Under the pieces are notes generated by a model. It did not search any database. It was not told where the DNA came from and saw only the letters and a list, made by a program, of their open reading frames with translations. From NCBI GenBank assembly GCA_040776945.1, contig JAXGZN010000001.1:1042720-1106719 (forward strand): a stretch of DNA of 64,000 bases, written 5' to 3'. This DNA is from Methanomassiliicoccaceae archaeon (GTDB lineage: Archaea > Thermoplasmatota > Thermoplasmata > Methanomassiliicoccales > Methanomassiliicoccaceae). The translations under genes were made by a program, and so were the position numbers. Positions 20,525-29,914 of the stretch are shown here, one piece after another. Every line of letters starts with the position of its first letter. Within the stretch, counting starts at the first letter, position 1.

Positions 20525-21355
20525 CTAAGGCTTCCCCTCGCCCACATGGCAAGAGCTCAGGTACTCGCTCACGGTCATGAACCTATGGCCCATGCACAGC
20601 GCCTTCTGCAGCACCTTCCTCACGTTCTCGATCTCCCTCTCGGCGCGGTCCCTGCTCAGTTCCCCTCCAAGCGACTCGGCGATATGCCAGCTGTGGTCCG
20701 CAAGGACCAGAAGCCCCTCGCTGTGAGCCGACAGCAAGCGATCGTAGTCCTCTGGGGATCTCCGGCCCTCGTGCAGAGGCCACAGATAGGATTGGAGAAA
20801 GCGCCCCCGAGGGTCCCGGCACTGAGCCAGCGGCACCTCCAGGAGGTTCCCCGCAAGGCGGTAGGGACGAAGCCCCTCGCCGATCTCGCCGAAAAGGGTG
20901 GAATCGTACCTCAGGCCGCGTCGCATGAGCACTCTGGACACGCCCTCATCGATGTGCAGGTACGGGCAACGGAAACCTTCAGGACGCGTGCCGAAAACTG
21001 CTTCCAGGGAGGAAAGGGACCGACCTACGATGGCATCGGCCCATTCTTCGGATGGTCGGAAACCGGTGGCATGGCCAGTCAGGTCCTCATGGTCATATCC
21101 GTGCGCTGCCACCTCATGACCGCGCATCAGCTCCTTCAGGTCGTGATCCGCGGAAAGCACTTCGGCGGCCCTGCCTTCCCAGAAGAAGGTCGCCTTGATG
21201 TCCAGGTCACCAAGCAGACGGACCAGCCGCTCCAGCCCGTCCATCGTCGACGAGAACCTGAGGCCGTCCGCACCGCGGCAGCGGCCTTCCACATGGCCGG
21301 CCCGAGGCTCGTTCACGTCCCGGTCGACGTCCACGGTGAACGAGGCAAAGCTCAT
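20525..21355 (-). CDS. Polysaccharide deacetylase (NodB/CE4) family protein
   Basis: FTVDVD, KATFFWEG, HEVAAHGYDHE, GFRCPYL, RYDST. Confidence 0.8.
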   Translation of the reverse strand: MSFASFTVDVDRDVNEPRAGHVEGRCRGADGLRFSSTMDGLERLVRLLGDLDIKATFFWEGRAAEVLSADHDLKELMRGHEVAAHGYDHEDLTGHATGFRPSEEWADAIVGRSLSSLEAVFGTRPEGFRCPYLHIDEGVSRVLMRRGLRYDSTLFGEIGEGLRPYRLAGNLLEVPLAQCRDPRGRFLQSYLWPLHEGRRSPEDYDRLLSAHSEGLLVLADHSWHIAESLGGELSRDRAEREIENVRKVLQKALCMGHRFMTVSEYLSSCHVGEGKP

Positions 21356-21460
21356 GCCGATGCATGGATGCAATGTCTATTAACAGTTATACTCGACGAA
21401 CAATCACCATTTTTAAATAGGCAAAACAGATGAGAAAGGCCAGACTCGCCAGGTGAGACA

Positions 21461-22465
21461 ATGAAGCAGGTTCTTGTTCTGGGCGGCGGCGCAGCCGGTC
21501 TCGCTGCCGCGATCGAACTGTCCCACCGAGGCATACCAACGACGGTGGTGGACAGCGCGCCTCCCCCCGGCGGTCAGGCCTTCCAGCTCGCCTGCAAGGG
21601 CTCACCGGCCTGCCTGAACTGCGATGCCTGCCGGCCTCATGACCTGAGGAGGGAAGCTCTCCGTGACCCGATGATCGACCTTCTCGCCGGCTCGGAACTG
21701 GGCTATGTGGCCCCTTGCAGGGACGGCTTCCAGGCGACCGTCAGGAGGCCGGAGGGGTGCGAGGACCACGAGTTCGCAGCGGTGATTCTGGCCGTCGGCG
21801 CGATGCCGTTCAATGCTGCTATGGACGTCAGATATCGCTACGGGGAGTGCGCCGATGTCCTGACCTCACTGGATGTCGAAAGGGCCCTGCTCGAGACCAA
21901 CGCTCTGGCGGTGCCCTCCACGGGGCGGGACCCAGAGAGCATCGCCGTTGTTCAGTGCGTCGGGTCCCGCGACGTCCACCGGGGCGTGCCGTACTGCTCT
22001 AAGGCGTGCTGCAAATACGCGTCCAAGCTCGGAAGGAGGCTCCGCCACCTGTACCCTGAGATGGAGCTGACCTTCTTCTTCATGGACTGGAGGCCTCTGG
22101 AAGCCTCCGAGCGATCGGTGGGGGATTGGGCCGCCGGGGACCGCATGGTAAAGACCGTGCGGTCCAGACCGTCAGAGGTCGTTCCTGGCGACCGCCCATT
22201 GGTCCGCTATGCGACCGAGGCGGAGGACGTGGCCGAGAAGGCCTTCGACATCGTCATGCTGACCGTGGGCATGGTCCCCCGGCCGGACAATCCGCGGCTG
22301 GCCGAGGCCTTGGGGATAAGTTTGGACGACCAAGGCTTCCTCCGCTCCGCTCGTGACGATGTGCTCGTGGCGGGCACCTGCGCCGGGCCCAAGGACCTGA
22401 AGGAGAGCATAGAGGAGGGCATTGCGGCCGCCGGACGGGCCGCGTCGTTCCTGGAGGCGAAGTGA
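21461..22465 (+). CDS. Minimal HdrA-like flavoprotein (FAD plus [4Fe-4S])
   Basis: GGGAAGLAAA Rossmann motif, CxxxxxCxxCxxC, VQCVGSRD...YCSKACC, GTCAGPKDLKESI. Confidence 0.85.
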   Translation: MKQVLVLGGGAAGLAAAIELSHRGIPTTVVDSAPPPGGQAFQLACKGSPACLNCDACRPHDLRREALRDPMIDLLAGSELGYVAPCRDGFQATVRRPEGCEDHEFAAVILAVGAMPFNAAMDVRYRYGECADVLTSLDVERALLETNALAVPSTGRDPESIAVVQCVGSRDVHRGVPYCSKACCKYASKLGRRLRHLYPEMELTFFFMDWRPLEASERSVGDWAAGDRMVKTVRSRPSEVVPGDRPLVRYATEAEDVAEKAFDIVMLTVGMVPRPDNPRLAEALGISLDDQGFLRSARDDVLVAGTCAGPKDLKESIEEGIAAAGRAASFLEAK

Positions 22466-23538
22466 TGACCGTCCCCTCGGTTCTGGTCGTAGGCTCAGGC
22501 CGTATGGCCTTGGATGCCGCGAGGGAGATCGTCGCTCAAGGCGGGAGGGCCATCCTTGCACGGTCCGGGGGAACGAGACGGCAGTGCGCCCTTCGGGTCC
22601 CTGGGGGCATCGAGGTCATCGATGCTATGCTAGTATCGTTGGAAGGGTCCCCCGGAAGGTTCAGGGCCAACCTCCGCTCCGATGAGGACATGACAGTGGA
22701 ATGCTCCTCGGTTATCCTCGCTCCCGGCCCGGACGACCGTCCCACGCCCCAGGGGACCGTGGACCTCAAAGACCTCGCCGGGCTGGCGGTTTCGGAGGAC
22801 GCGAAAAGCGTGGCCATAGTGGTACGTCCCGGCGCCCCGAGGAGCTCGTTCATCCATGCAATAAGGGCAGCCAGGGAGCTGCGTTCCAGGTCCAGGGCGG
22901 TCGCGGTGTTCGCCGACGAGATGTCAGCCTTCGGCATAGATGAGCTGGAGTACCGCAGCGCACAGGCCGAGGGCGTGATGTTCTTTCGCACGCAAGAGGC
23001 CGTCGTCTCGGCCGGTCCATCGAAGATAATGGCGACGGACCTCGTGGCCGGAAGCGTGGTCAACATAGCCCCGGACATGCTGGCCGTGGTGACGCCCGCA
23101 CCGTTGCGGAACAGAGAGGTACGCATATCCCATCTTTTTTCCGAGGTCCGAGGTTCGCCGAGCATGGGCGCCTCGAGCACGGCCACCGAAGGCGTGCTCT
23201 TCGCAGGCCATGAGGACGAGCTCCTGGAGGAGGAGGCCGTTACCGCCGCGAGGGCCGCGGCGACAAAGGCCATGACGGTCGCCCGATCCCCTCCGGACAG
23301 GAGGGACCAGGCCGCCATTGTGGACCGCGAGAGGTGCTCGGCATGCCTGACTTGCCTCCGGGTCTGCCCCTTCGGAGCTGCAAGGCCGGGGGAGGAGGGC
23401 AAGGCGATCATTGACGGCGCGCGGTGCCAGGCATGCGGGATATGCGTAGGCGCCTGTCCTGGGCGAGCCATCTCGCTGCCCAGCCTCGTCTCCGCGGCCA
23501 ATGGGCGAGAGGCGATATCCATGGGGAGATGCTCATGA
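22462..23538 (+). CDS. Degenerate HdrA-like protein with C-terminal 2x[4Fe-4S]
   Basis: Eroded Rossmann motif (VLVVGSG); LEGSPGRFRA and YRSAQAEGVMF resemble HdrA; CSACLTCLRVCP and CQACGICVGACP. Confidence 0.75.
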   Translation: MMTVPSVLVVGSGRMALDAAREIVAQGGRAILARSGGTRRQCALRVPGGIEVIDAMLVSLEGSPGRFRANLRSDEDMTVECSSVILAPGPDDRPTPQGTVDLKDLAGLAVSEDAKSVAIVVRPGAPRSSFIHAIRAARELRSRSRAVAVFADEMSAFGIDELEYRSAQAEGVMFFRTQEAVVSAGPSKIMATDLVAGSVVNIAPDMLAVVTPAPLRNREVRISHLFSEVRGSPSMGASSTATEGVLFAGHEDELLEEEAVTAARAAATKAMTVARSPPDRRDQAAIVDRERCSACLTCLRVCPFGAARPGEEGKAIIDGARCQACGICVGACPGRAISLPSLVSAANGREAISMGRCS

Positions 23539-23942
23539 GCGAGCCGACGATAGCCATGTTCATCTGCCGGAACGCCAGGGCCGCCCTGACCTCCGCGGAC
23601 GGCACAGAAATGCCGCTCGCCGGTGTGCAGGTCATCGAGTTACCCTGCTCCGGGCGGGTGGACGAGGTCATGGTCCTCAGGGCCCTGCGGCAGGGGGCCT
23701 GGGCGGCGATAGTGGTGGCCTGCCTCGATGGCAATTGCAGGAACTTGACCGGCAACTATCAGGCAAGAAAACGAGTGGATGAGGTCCGCTCTCTGTTGCT
23801 CCAGCTCGGCCTGGGGCCCGATAGGGTCAAGATGTTCAGCGTGGCCTCGAACCAGCGAGCGGTCCTGGCCGAGGCGGTCCGCAAAGTGATGGACGAAGCA
23901 CGAGAAAGAGGGCCGATAAGGATACTGGAAGGTGACCGATGA
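23535..23942 (+). CDS. mvhD: MvhD/FlpD [2Fe-2S] subunit
   Basis: FICRN, IELPCSGRVD, VACLDGNCRNLTGNY, GLGPDRV. Confidence 0.88.
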   Translation: MSEPTIAMFICRNARAALTSADGTEMPLAGVQVIELPCSGRVDEVMVLRALRQGAWAAIVVACLDGNCRNLTGNYQARKRVDEVRSLLLQLGLGPDRVKMFSVASNQRAVLAEAVRKVMDEARERGPIRILEGDR

Positions 23943-24640
23943 TAATCGCCGAGCGCAAGGACCTGAAGCAGATAACTGAGATGCTGGAGGGCCGGAAGCG
24001 CGTCCTGGTGGCGGGGTGCCGGTCCTGCGTTTCGATCTGCCACGCGGGAGGGGAGAAGGAGGTCGCCATCATGGCCGAGGCCCTGAGGCTGAAAGCAGAG
24101 CGTGAAGGCCGGGAGATGGAGGTCAGCGAGGTAGCGGTCGAGAGGCAGTGCGAGAAGGAATGGGTCAGAGGGATCGAACGCCAGGTGGCGGCCGGCGATA
24201 TCGTGCTGAGCATGGCTTGCGGAGTGGGCGTCCAGACCATGCAGGAGGTGTACCCTTCGGTATTGGTCGTACCGGGGCTTAACACCACCAGCATGGGCGC
24301 CCCGGAGGAGGACGGCATATTTGTGGAAAAGTGCGGTGGCTGCGGGGACTGCGTGCTGCATCTCACCGGAGGGGTCTGCCCGATCGCAAGGTGCGCGAAG
24401 TCCCTGCTCAACGGGCCTTGCGGCGGTTCACAGGACGGCAGATGCGAGGTGGACCGGGAAACGCCTTGCGGCTGGGAACAGATATATCAAAGCCTTGGAA
24501 GGCTGGGACGTCTCGACCTGTTGGAGGTGAACATCCCTCCCAGGAGCTGGCTCCCCTCCCGTTCCGGAGGCCCCCGCAGGACCGTCCGGCCTTCAGTGGC
24601 AAAGGGGGCGGAGGAGAGGGCGGCGGAGGTCAGGAGATGA
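23939..24640 (+). CDS. metV: MetV, Fe-S/Zn subunit of methylene-H4F reductase
   Basis: GCRSCVSICHAGG, ERQC, ACGVGVQ, CGGCGDCVLHLTGGVCPIARCAKSLLNGPCGG...CEVD...CGW. Confidence 0.9.
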   Translation: MIIAERKDLKQITEMLEGRKRVLVAGCRSCVSICHAGGEKEVAIMAEALRLKAEREGREMEVSEVAVERQCEKEWVRGIERQVAAGDIVLSMACGVGVQTMQEVYPSVLVVPGLNTTSMGAPEEDGIFVEKCGGCGDCVLHLTGGVCPIARCAKSLLNGPCGGSQDGRCEVDRETPCGWEQIYQSLGRLGRLDLLEVNIPPRSWLPSRSGGPRRTVRPSVAKGAEERAAEVRR

Positions 24641-25548
24641 GGTCAGGCAGCAATCTGGAAAGGGTCTTGGAGAGCGGACGCTTCGCCGTCACCGCGGAGA
24701 TCGGGCCGCCAAGATCGGCAAGCTCCGAAGCGGTCAGGAGGAAGGCAAGGCTGCTGAAGGGGAGCGCCGATGCGTTCAACCTCACCGACAATCAGACGGC
24801 CATCGTCCGTCTCTCGAGCATGGCATCGTCGGTGGCATGCCTGCAGGAGGGCGTGGAACCGGTCATGCAGATGACCTGCCGTGACCGGAACAGGATCGCC
24901 ATGCAGGCCGACCTCCTCGGCGCCTGCTCGCTGGGGATCAGGAACGTGCTGTGCATCTCCGGCGACCACCAGACCTTCGGCAATCAGAAGGAGGCGAAGA
25001 ACGTGTGGGACATCGATCCCATACAGCAGCTGATGGTGTTCCGCCAGATGCGCGACCTCGGCCAGACGTGGGGAGGCGACGGTCTGGAGGAACGGCCGCA
25101 AGTGCTCCTGGGCGCCGCCGCCAACCCGTTCGCCGACCCCTTCGAGCTCCGGGTCGTCCGCCTAGCGAAGAAGGTCAACGCCGGCGCCGACTTCATCCAG
25201 ACGCAGGCGATCTTCGACCTCGACAGGTTCGAGAGGTTCATGGGCATGGTCCGCGAGCGCGGGCTCGATCGCAGGACCCACATAATTGCCGGAGTGATAC
25301 CACTGCGATCGGCCAATGCCGCCAGGTACATGAAGGCCAAAGTGGCGGGGATGAGAGTACCGGATGAGATAGTGGACCGAATGAGCAGAGCCACAGACCC
25401 TAAGAAGGAAGGGGCCAGGATCTGCGTGGAGACGATCGACCGACTAAGAGCGATGGAAGGCGTGCACGGCGTGCACATCATGGCCATCGGGTGGGAGGAG
25501 ATAGTGCCGGAGATCGTAAGGGAGTGCGGCCTGGACCACCGCCCCTAA
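24637..25548 (+). CDS. metF: Methylene-tetrahydrofolate reductase
   Basis: VTAEIGPP, NLTDNQTA, QMTCRDRNRIAMQ, ISGDH, KKVNAGADFIQTQ, GVHIMAI. Confidence 0.94.
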   Translation: MRSGSNLERVLESGRFAVTAEIGPPRSASSEAVRRKARLLKGSADAFNLTDNQTAIVRLSSMASSVACLQEGVEPVMQMTCRDRNRIAMQADLLGACSLGIRNVLCISGDHQTFGNQKEAKNVWDIDPIQQLMVFRQMRDLGQTWGGDGLEERPQVLLGAAANPFADPFELRVVRLAKKVNAGADFIQTQAIFDLDRFERFMGMVRERGLDRRTHIIAGVIPLRSANAARYMKAKVAGMRVPDEIVDRMSRATDPKKEGARICVETIDRLRAMEGVHGVHIMAIGWEEIVPEIVRECGLDHRP

Positions 25549-25648
25549 GTAAGGGCGAAAGGATCGGGGAGCTCCATATCGACCAATATTATTCACAGCG
25601 AACAATGCCAAAGATATATCCATGCTCCAGCATATTCACCCTGTTACC

Positions 25649-26443
25649 ATGGATGAGAAACGTTGCTGGTTTTGCCGCCGCGGAAGAAGGGAACTGTTGG
25701 AGGAGCTCCCTGATGGGTTCTGGGACGAGCAACAGGAGATGTTCTTCGATGTCGAGGTCATCGGCAGGGTCAGCGGCGTGGACAAGGTGCGTCCAGGGGA
25801 CGTTCCGCACAGTCGCCGTTTCCGGCGAAAGGGGGCCCCTGAGGATGAAGTGCATGCCTTCGACGACAAGCGCTTCGCCATCGTCGGAAGGAAATGCTCG
25901 AAGGTGAGCGTGTGCCGGATCTGCAGGAGCCTTGAGACCGCGATCACATCGATCTCAGAGGATGGAAGAGGTGCGGTCCCGTACCGAGCGATATATCCGC
26001 CAACGGCCGAGGAGATGGCGGTCGCAAGGTACTGGGAGAAGTACCGCTCCGAGGAGAAGAAGCTGGAGGCGGACTATCCGGACGATGCGTATCGAGTACT
26101 GCTCGCGATCCAGCGTATGTATGTCGGCGCACCCATAACCCTATGGGACCTGTCCCAGGAGATGAACGTGTTCAACCACCGCTCGCTCGAACGGCCAGTG
26201 TCCCACTTGCTGGAACAACTGCCTGGACTGGGGATGTTGGACCGCAAGACGTTGACCGTGTATATGAACGAAGGGAAGGAGGGGATGTCGATGATCGAAG
26301 AGTTGGTCGAAAGGTATGAGGATTTCTACCGCCAAAGGGATGTGAGCGTAGCGGTCCCAGAGGCCCCGGCCCGAAGCTACGAGGTGCTTGCCAAAATAAG
26401 GAAGCTGAACTATTCGGACGATGGCAGATATTCAAAGTGGTAG
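25649..26443 (+). CDS. Hypothetical protein with CxxC pairs
   Basis: 264 aa ORF with CWFC and CRIC, and a possible HTH-like segment (ITLWDLSQEM). Confidence 0.6.
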   Translation: MDEKRCWFCRRGRRELLEELPDGFWDEQQEMFFDVEVIGRVSGVDKVRPGDVPHSRRFRRKGAPEDEVHAFDDKRFAIVGRKCSKVSVCRICRSLETAITSISEDGRGAVPYRAIYPPTAEEMAVARYWEKYRSEEKKLEADYPDDAYRVLLAIQRMYVGAPITLWDLSQEMNVFNHRSLERPVSHLLEQLPGLGMLDRKTLTVYMNEGKEGMSMIEELVERYEDFYRQRDVSVAVPEAPARSYEVLAKIRKLNYSDDGRYSKW

Positions 26444-26826
26444 GGAAGAAAAAGCTGACGGGAGGCCCTTGCGACCCGCCATTGGGTTTCACCGTGCAGG
26501 GAGCGGAGCAAGCTCAACTGCGTCCGCGTCCGCCCGCCCTTATCCGGACATAGGTCCAGCATGCCGCAAAGAATACAACGGATCCGCTGAAGTATACCAG
26601 CTCGTACAATGCGTTCACCTCCTTCCATTTAACCCCCCTCGGGGCCTGAAACAACTTTGGACCAGGCAGTATTTATTGTTATCTAAATAGATAATTGTAA
26701 ACATTTTATTAATGATTTCTTACATTCGGCAACGCGCCCGACCCCCTGATTTATGTTTGGAAAGTAAAGCTTGCACGTTCAATAATCCCACTCACGTGAA
26801 AATCCAAGAAGGCCATCGACCGAGCG

Positions 26827-26855
26827 GAAATAAAAGAAAGGAAAAAAGAGGTTTT
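26827..26855 (-). terminator. Oligo-T archaeal terminator after the Cys-rich gene
   Basis: Minus strand AAAACCTCTTTTTTCCTTTCTTTTATTTC, about 25 nt after the stop at 26877. Confidence 0.6.
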
Positions 26856-26876
26856 ACGTGACGCAGGCGCGTCGTC

Positions 26877-28886
26877 TCAGTCAGGCATCTGTTCCTCGTC
26901 CTCGGGCATCTCGAAGCAGGCATAGGCCCCATAGAACATCATTTGCTTGTTGGTGACAGCAAAGCCATCATCACCATGCATGACGCTCACAGAGTTGCCG
27001 GCAACGAGCAGGCCGCGGATATTGACGTCCACAGGCTCGCAGTGAACGCAGATCGTCATGCAATCGTCGTCACGGTCGATGGACCGGAAGGAGACCTCAG
27101 CGCAAGCATCCTCTCCCGTGACCTTGGAGCAGCCCTCGTAATGGATGGCCGTAACGACATCAGCGCACCTGGTGCAGCCTTCGCCTCTGTAGATCACTTC
27201 CGACCTGGCGGCGACATCACAGAAGACACTGAGCCTTACCGACCCGTCGCAGAAGACCATCTCCACGAGCTGGTGGTAGCTCACCTCGGTGCGGAAGGTC
27301 ATGGTCGAGCCATGACAGCCTTCGAGCGGAACGCAGTTCTCGCAGGAGTAGGCCGCGGAGGTCTCCATCGTCACCTTATCAGGCAGGAAGGGGACCTCCA
27401 GTGGCAGGCAGTAGTATGCTCCGTCCAGCTCCGAGTCATCGTCCCAGTTGCAGGCGCCCGCATAAGCGACGTTCTGGAGAGGGTTCTCGCAGAAATCGAT
27501 CATCGCCGCTCCGTCCAGGCAGAATGCGACCTGGTAATGGTAAGTATAGCTCTGCCCTGGGCAGAGGACCGGCATGCAGGACAGGTCCACATCAACGCAG
27601 GCAACGTCTATCCAGCAGGACCCGTCCCACCACTGTACGGTGTCAGTGACGAACAGCCCCTCAGTAGAGTAGTCGCCGCAGTTGGTCACGGTTATGGAGC
27701 CACAGACGACGAAATGGCCCTTGTCGCTTATCACGTACTGTTCGACAAGAACGGGCTGGGCATCATCGGCGAACTGCATGATCTGTGGCTGTACGACCTC
27801 TTCTGTGCAATCAGAGGGGAAGTTCAGCCCCAGCTTGATGTCCTCGGTCCATCTGACATCCGCCGTCTTGCAGACCTCCAACATGGTCTCGAACGCCCCG
27901 CTGTATATGCACAGGGACACACAATCGCTCACGACGGTGCAGCTATCGCACGCGGTCAGAACGGCCTCGTTGTTGAGCAGGTAGGCCGAATCACGAGGTG
28001 CGCAAACATTGGAGATCTCCAGGTTCACGCAGACCTCGAAGTGACTGCACTTGTCGTCGAGCATCCAAGGTCCAGTATCGGTCAGGGCCCTGACCTTGAA
28101 CCCACAGGGAACGTTGAACACGTCGACAAGGCTGGCGCGGTCATCGATAACGGTACGATCGGGTTCGCAGGGCAGGTCGAACTCAGCGCAGGCCCTGACC
28201 CCGGAAGGCTCACCGCAATCGTCGGCGAAGTTGGAGATCGTGACATCAGCGACGTTACGATAGATGGCTCCCTCGCAGGGCTCGAACTCATACTCGTAAT
28301 AATAGGTATAGCACTCCCCGGCCGCTAGCACTGGATGGCAGGAAGTGTCCACCTCGAAGGACGCATGGTCAGTGAACGCGCCGCACTCCCTAGATATCTG
28401 GATGGTATCGCAGATCGCCAGGTCGACCGTATCGAAACAACCGGTATTGGTCACCACAACGGCCCCTCTGACCCCGAAGACCTCATCTACGCAGGCCTTT
28501 GAGCGCTCGGCCGTTATGATATAGGATATGCATGAGGTCTCGCCCGGCTCGACCTGTATCCTGCCGGCGCCCATGTTCGCAAGCGCTCCCCTATCGTTGG
28601 CATTCAGCTCCTTGACGACGCTCCAAGAGTATCTGGTGGCCATCTCCCAGAAACCGGTAGCGGTCTTGCAAACCGTGATCGTCGTATCGCAAGGCGCTAG
28701 TTCTTTGGCATCGCCGTCCATATCGTTGCAATCGTCTTTCTCAGCAGGGCATTGCTCGCCTCCGTTCGGGCGTTCGTCCTGCGGGTCGTTCCCCTGGTCC
28801 GCGAGCACCAAGGTAGTAGGACCTTTCAAGGCAACTATGGCAACCGCACTGATCATTATGATCAGGGCTACCGCTAACGCTATCAT
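26877..28886 (-). CDS. Secreted/anchored cysteine-rich repeat protein (DUF11-like Ig repeats)
   Basis: N-terminal hydrophobic segment; 48 Cys in 669 aa (manual count); two internal repeats VCKTA...VTN[T/C]G...DT[I/V]Q...PVL...YTY.Y...NVA. Confidence 0.75.
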   Translation of the reverse strand: MIALAVALIIMISAVAIVALKGPTTLVLADQGNDPQDERPNGGEQCPAEKDDCNDMDGDAKELAPCDTTITVCKTATGFWEMATRYSWSVVKELNANDRGALANMGAGRIQVEPGETSCISYIITAERSKACVDEVFGVRGAVVVTNTGCFDTVDLAICDTIQISRECGAFTDHASFEVDTSCHPVLAAGECYTYYYEYEFEPCEGAIYRNVADVTISNFADDCGEPSGVRACAEFDLPCEPDRTVIDDRASLVDVFNVPCGFKVRALTDTGPWMLDDKCSHFEVCVNLEISNVCAPRDSAYLLNNEAVLTACDSCTVVSDCVSLCIYSGAFETMLEVCKTADVRWTEDIKLGLNFPSDCTEEVVQPQIMQFADDAQPVLVEQYVISDKGHFVVCGSITVTNCGDYSTEGLFVTDTVQWWDGSCWIDVACVDVDLSCMPVLCPGQSYTYHYQVAFCLDGAAMIDFCENPLQNVAYAGACNWDDDSELDGAYYCLPLEVPFLPDKVTMETSAAYSCENCVPLEGCHGSTMTFRTEVSYHQLVEMVFCDGSVRLSVFCDVAARSEVIYRGEGCTRCADVVTAIHYEGCSKVTGEDACAEVSFRSIDRDDDCMTICVHCEPVDVNIRGLLVAGNSVSVMHGDDGFAVTNKQMMFYGAYACFEMPEDEEQMPD

Positions 28887-29035
28887 CTTCGTGTTTCCTC
28901 TCGTATCAAACCCCCCAATAGGTTTCCGCGATTATTTGACAACCAAATATTATTAATACTTTCTATTCGTTTACTTTTATTATAACATTATAGATATTTA
29001 TTTTATAGAAAAATATTATCTCCAATAATAATGAC

Positions 29036-29051
29036 TGGCCTATATAGGCCA
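29036..29051. promoter_or_regulatory. 16-bp perfect palindrome in the AT-rich region upstream of the Cys-rich gene
   Basis: TGGCCTATATAGGCCA; ATAACATTAT direct repeats at 28982 and 29051. Confidence 0.4.
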
Positions 29052-29067
29052 TAACATTATTGAACGA

Positions 29068-29841
29068 TCATTTTTGACATAGTCCCTGAAATTCGCACCA
29101 ATGGCACAGAGGGCCGCTGCGGCAATGGAAATCATCGGCAGCCTCGATGTCATCTATGAGATGGGACATTCGAACCTCAAGTTCCTGCAGTTCTTTCAAG
29201 GTCCGGGAGGACGTAAGCTCCTTGTCATGCGCTAGATAATGCCACTTCAGACGTACCTCTTGGACCTCAGGGACGTTCTGCCTTACCCCTATCTCGTAAA
29301 GGGCCAGCTGGCGATCGCCATTCACCTCTCTGGAGGATGGGAGCCGGCGGCCGGTCTTGAAGTCGTGGATCTCGTACACGCCGTCGCCCATGCACCTGAG
29401 CATATCGATGAAGCCGATGAACCTATGCCTCTCTCCGATAATGAACCGCAGCTCATGCTCGACCCCTATTATCTTTCCTCCAGTGAACGGCTGGTGACGG
29501 CGATGGTAGGCCTGCAGGCCGGCTCTTGCGGCCATTCGATGGTCAGAGACAGTCTCGCCCCTCTTCACTATCCTCACCAAGGAACCCTCATAATTGTCTT
29601 CCCAAACCTTGTCGAAGTGCTCCATCAGCTCTGCCGCCGTCAGCACATGGCCCTTAGCGGCATTCTCATGAAGATGCTGGAGCGAGAGATGGACCATGGT
29701 GCCGGTAAAAGCCTCGATCCCTCGGACCTCGTCCACCTCGACCTTGTCCACGTATTTGTACTGGTACCTTCTGGGGCATTGCTCATAACAGCTCAGCCGT
29801 GAGTGCGAGTACACCTCGGCGCTAAGCGTCCCATCTTTCAT
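29068..29841 (-). CDS. PD-(D/E)XK RecB/Cas4-like nuclease with Fe-S cluster
   Basis: YSHSRLSCYEQCPRRY, GTMVH, GFIDML, IHDFKTG, QLALY, CHWCEFQGLC. Confidence 0.85.
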   Translation of the reverse strand: MKDGTLSAEVYSHSRLSCYEQCPRRYQYKYVDKVEVDEVRGIEAFTGTMVHLSLQHLHENAAKGHVLTAAELMEHFDKVWEDNYEGSLVRIVKRGETVSDHRMAARAGLQAYHRRHQPFTGGKIIGVEHELRFIIGERHRFIGFIDMLRCMGDGVYEIHDFKTGRRLPSSREVNGDRQLALYEIGVRQNVPEVQEVRLKWHYLAHDKELTSSRTLKELQELEVRMSHLIDDIEAADDFHCRSGPLCHWCEFQGLCQK

Positions 29842-29914
29842 ATCGCTCTCTTTCCTGGCGCGCTTGAGCGCCCTTGATCTCAGCTAGGGCAAACGTCCTA
29901 ATGGTCCTTTCCTT

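Noticed and set aside
29068-29841. Cas4-like nuclease as part of a CRISPR-Cas system or casposon
   Set aside because: No repeat-spacer array, cas1/cas2, polB or terminal inverted repeats nearby
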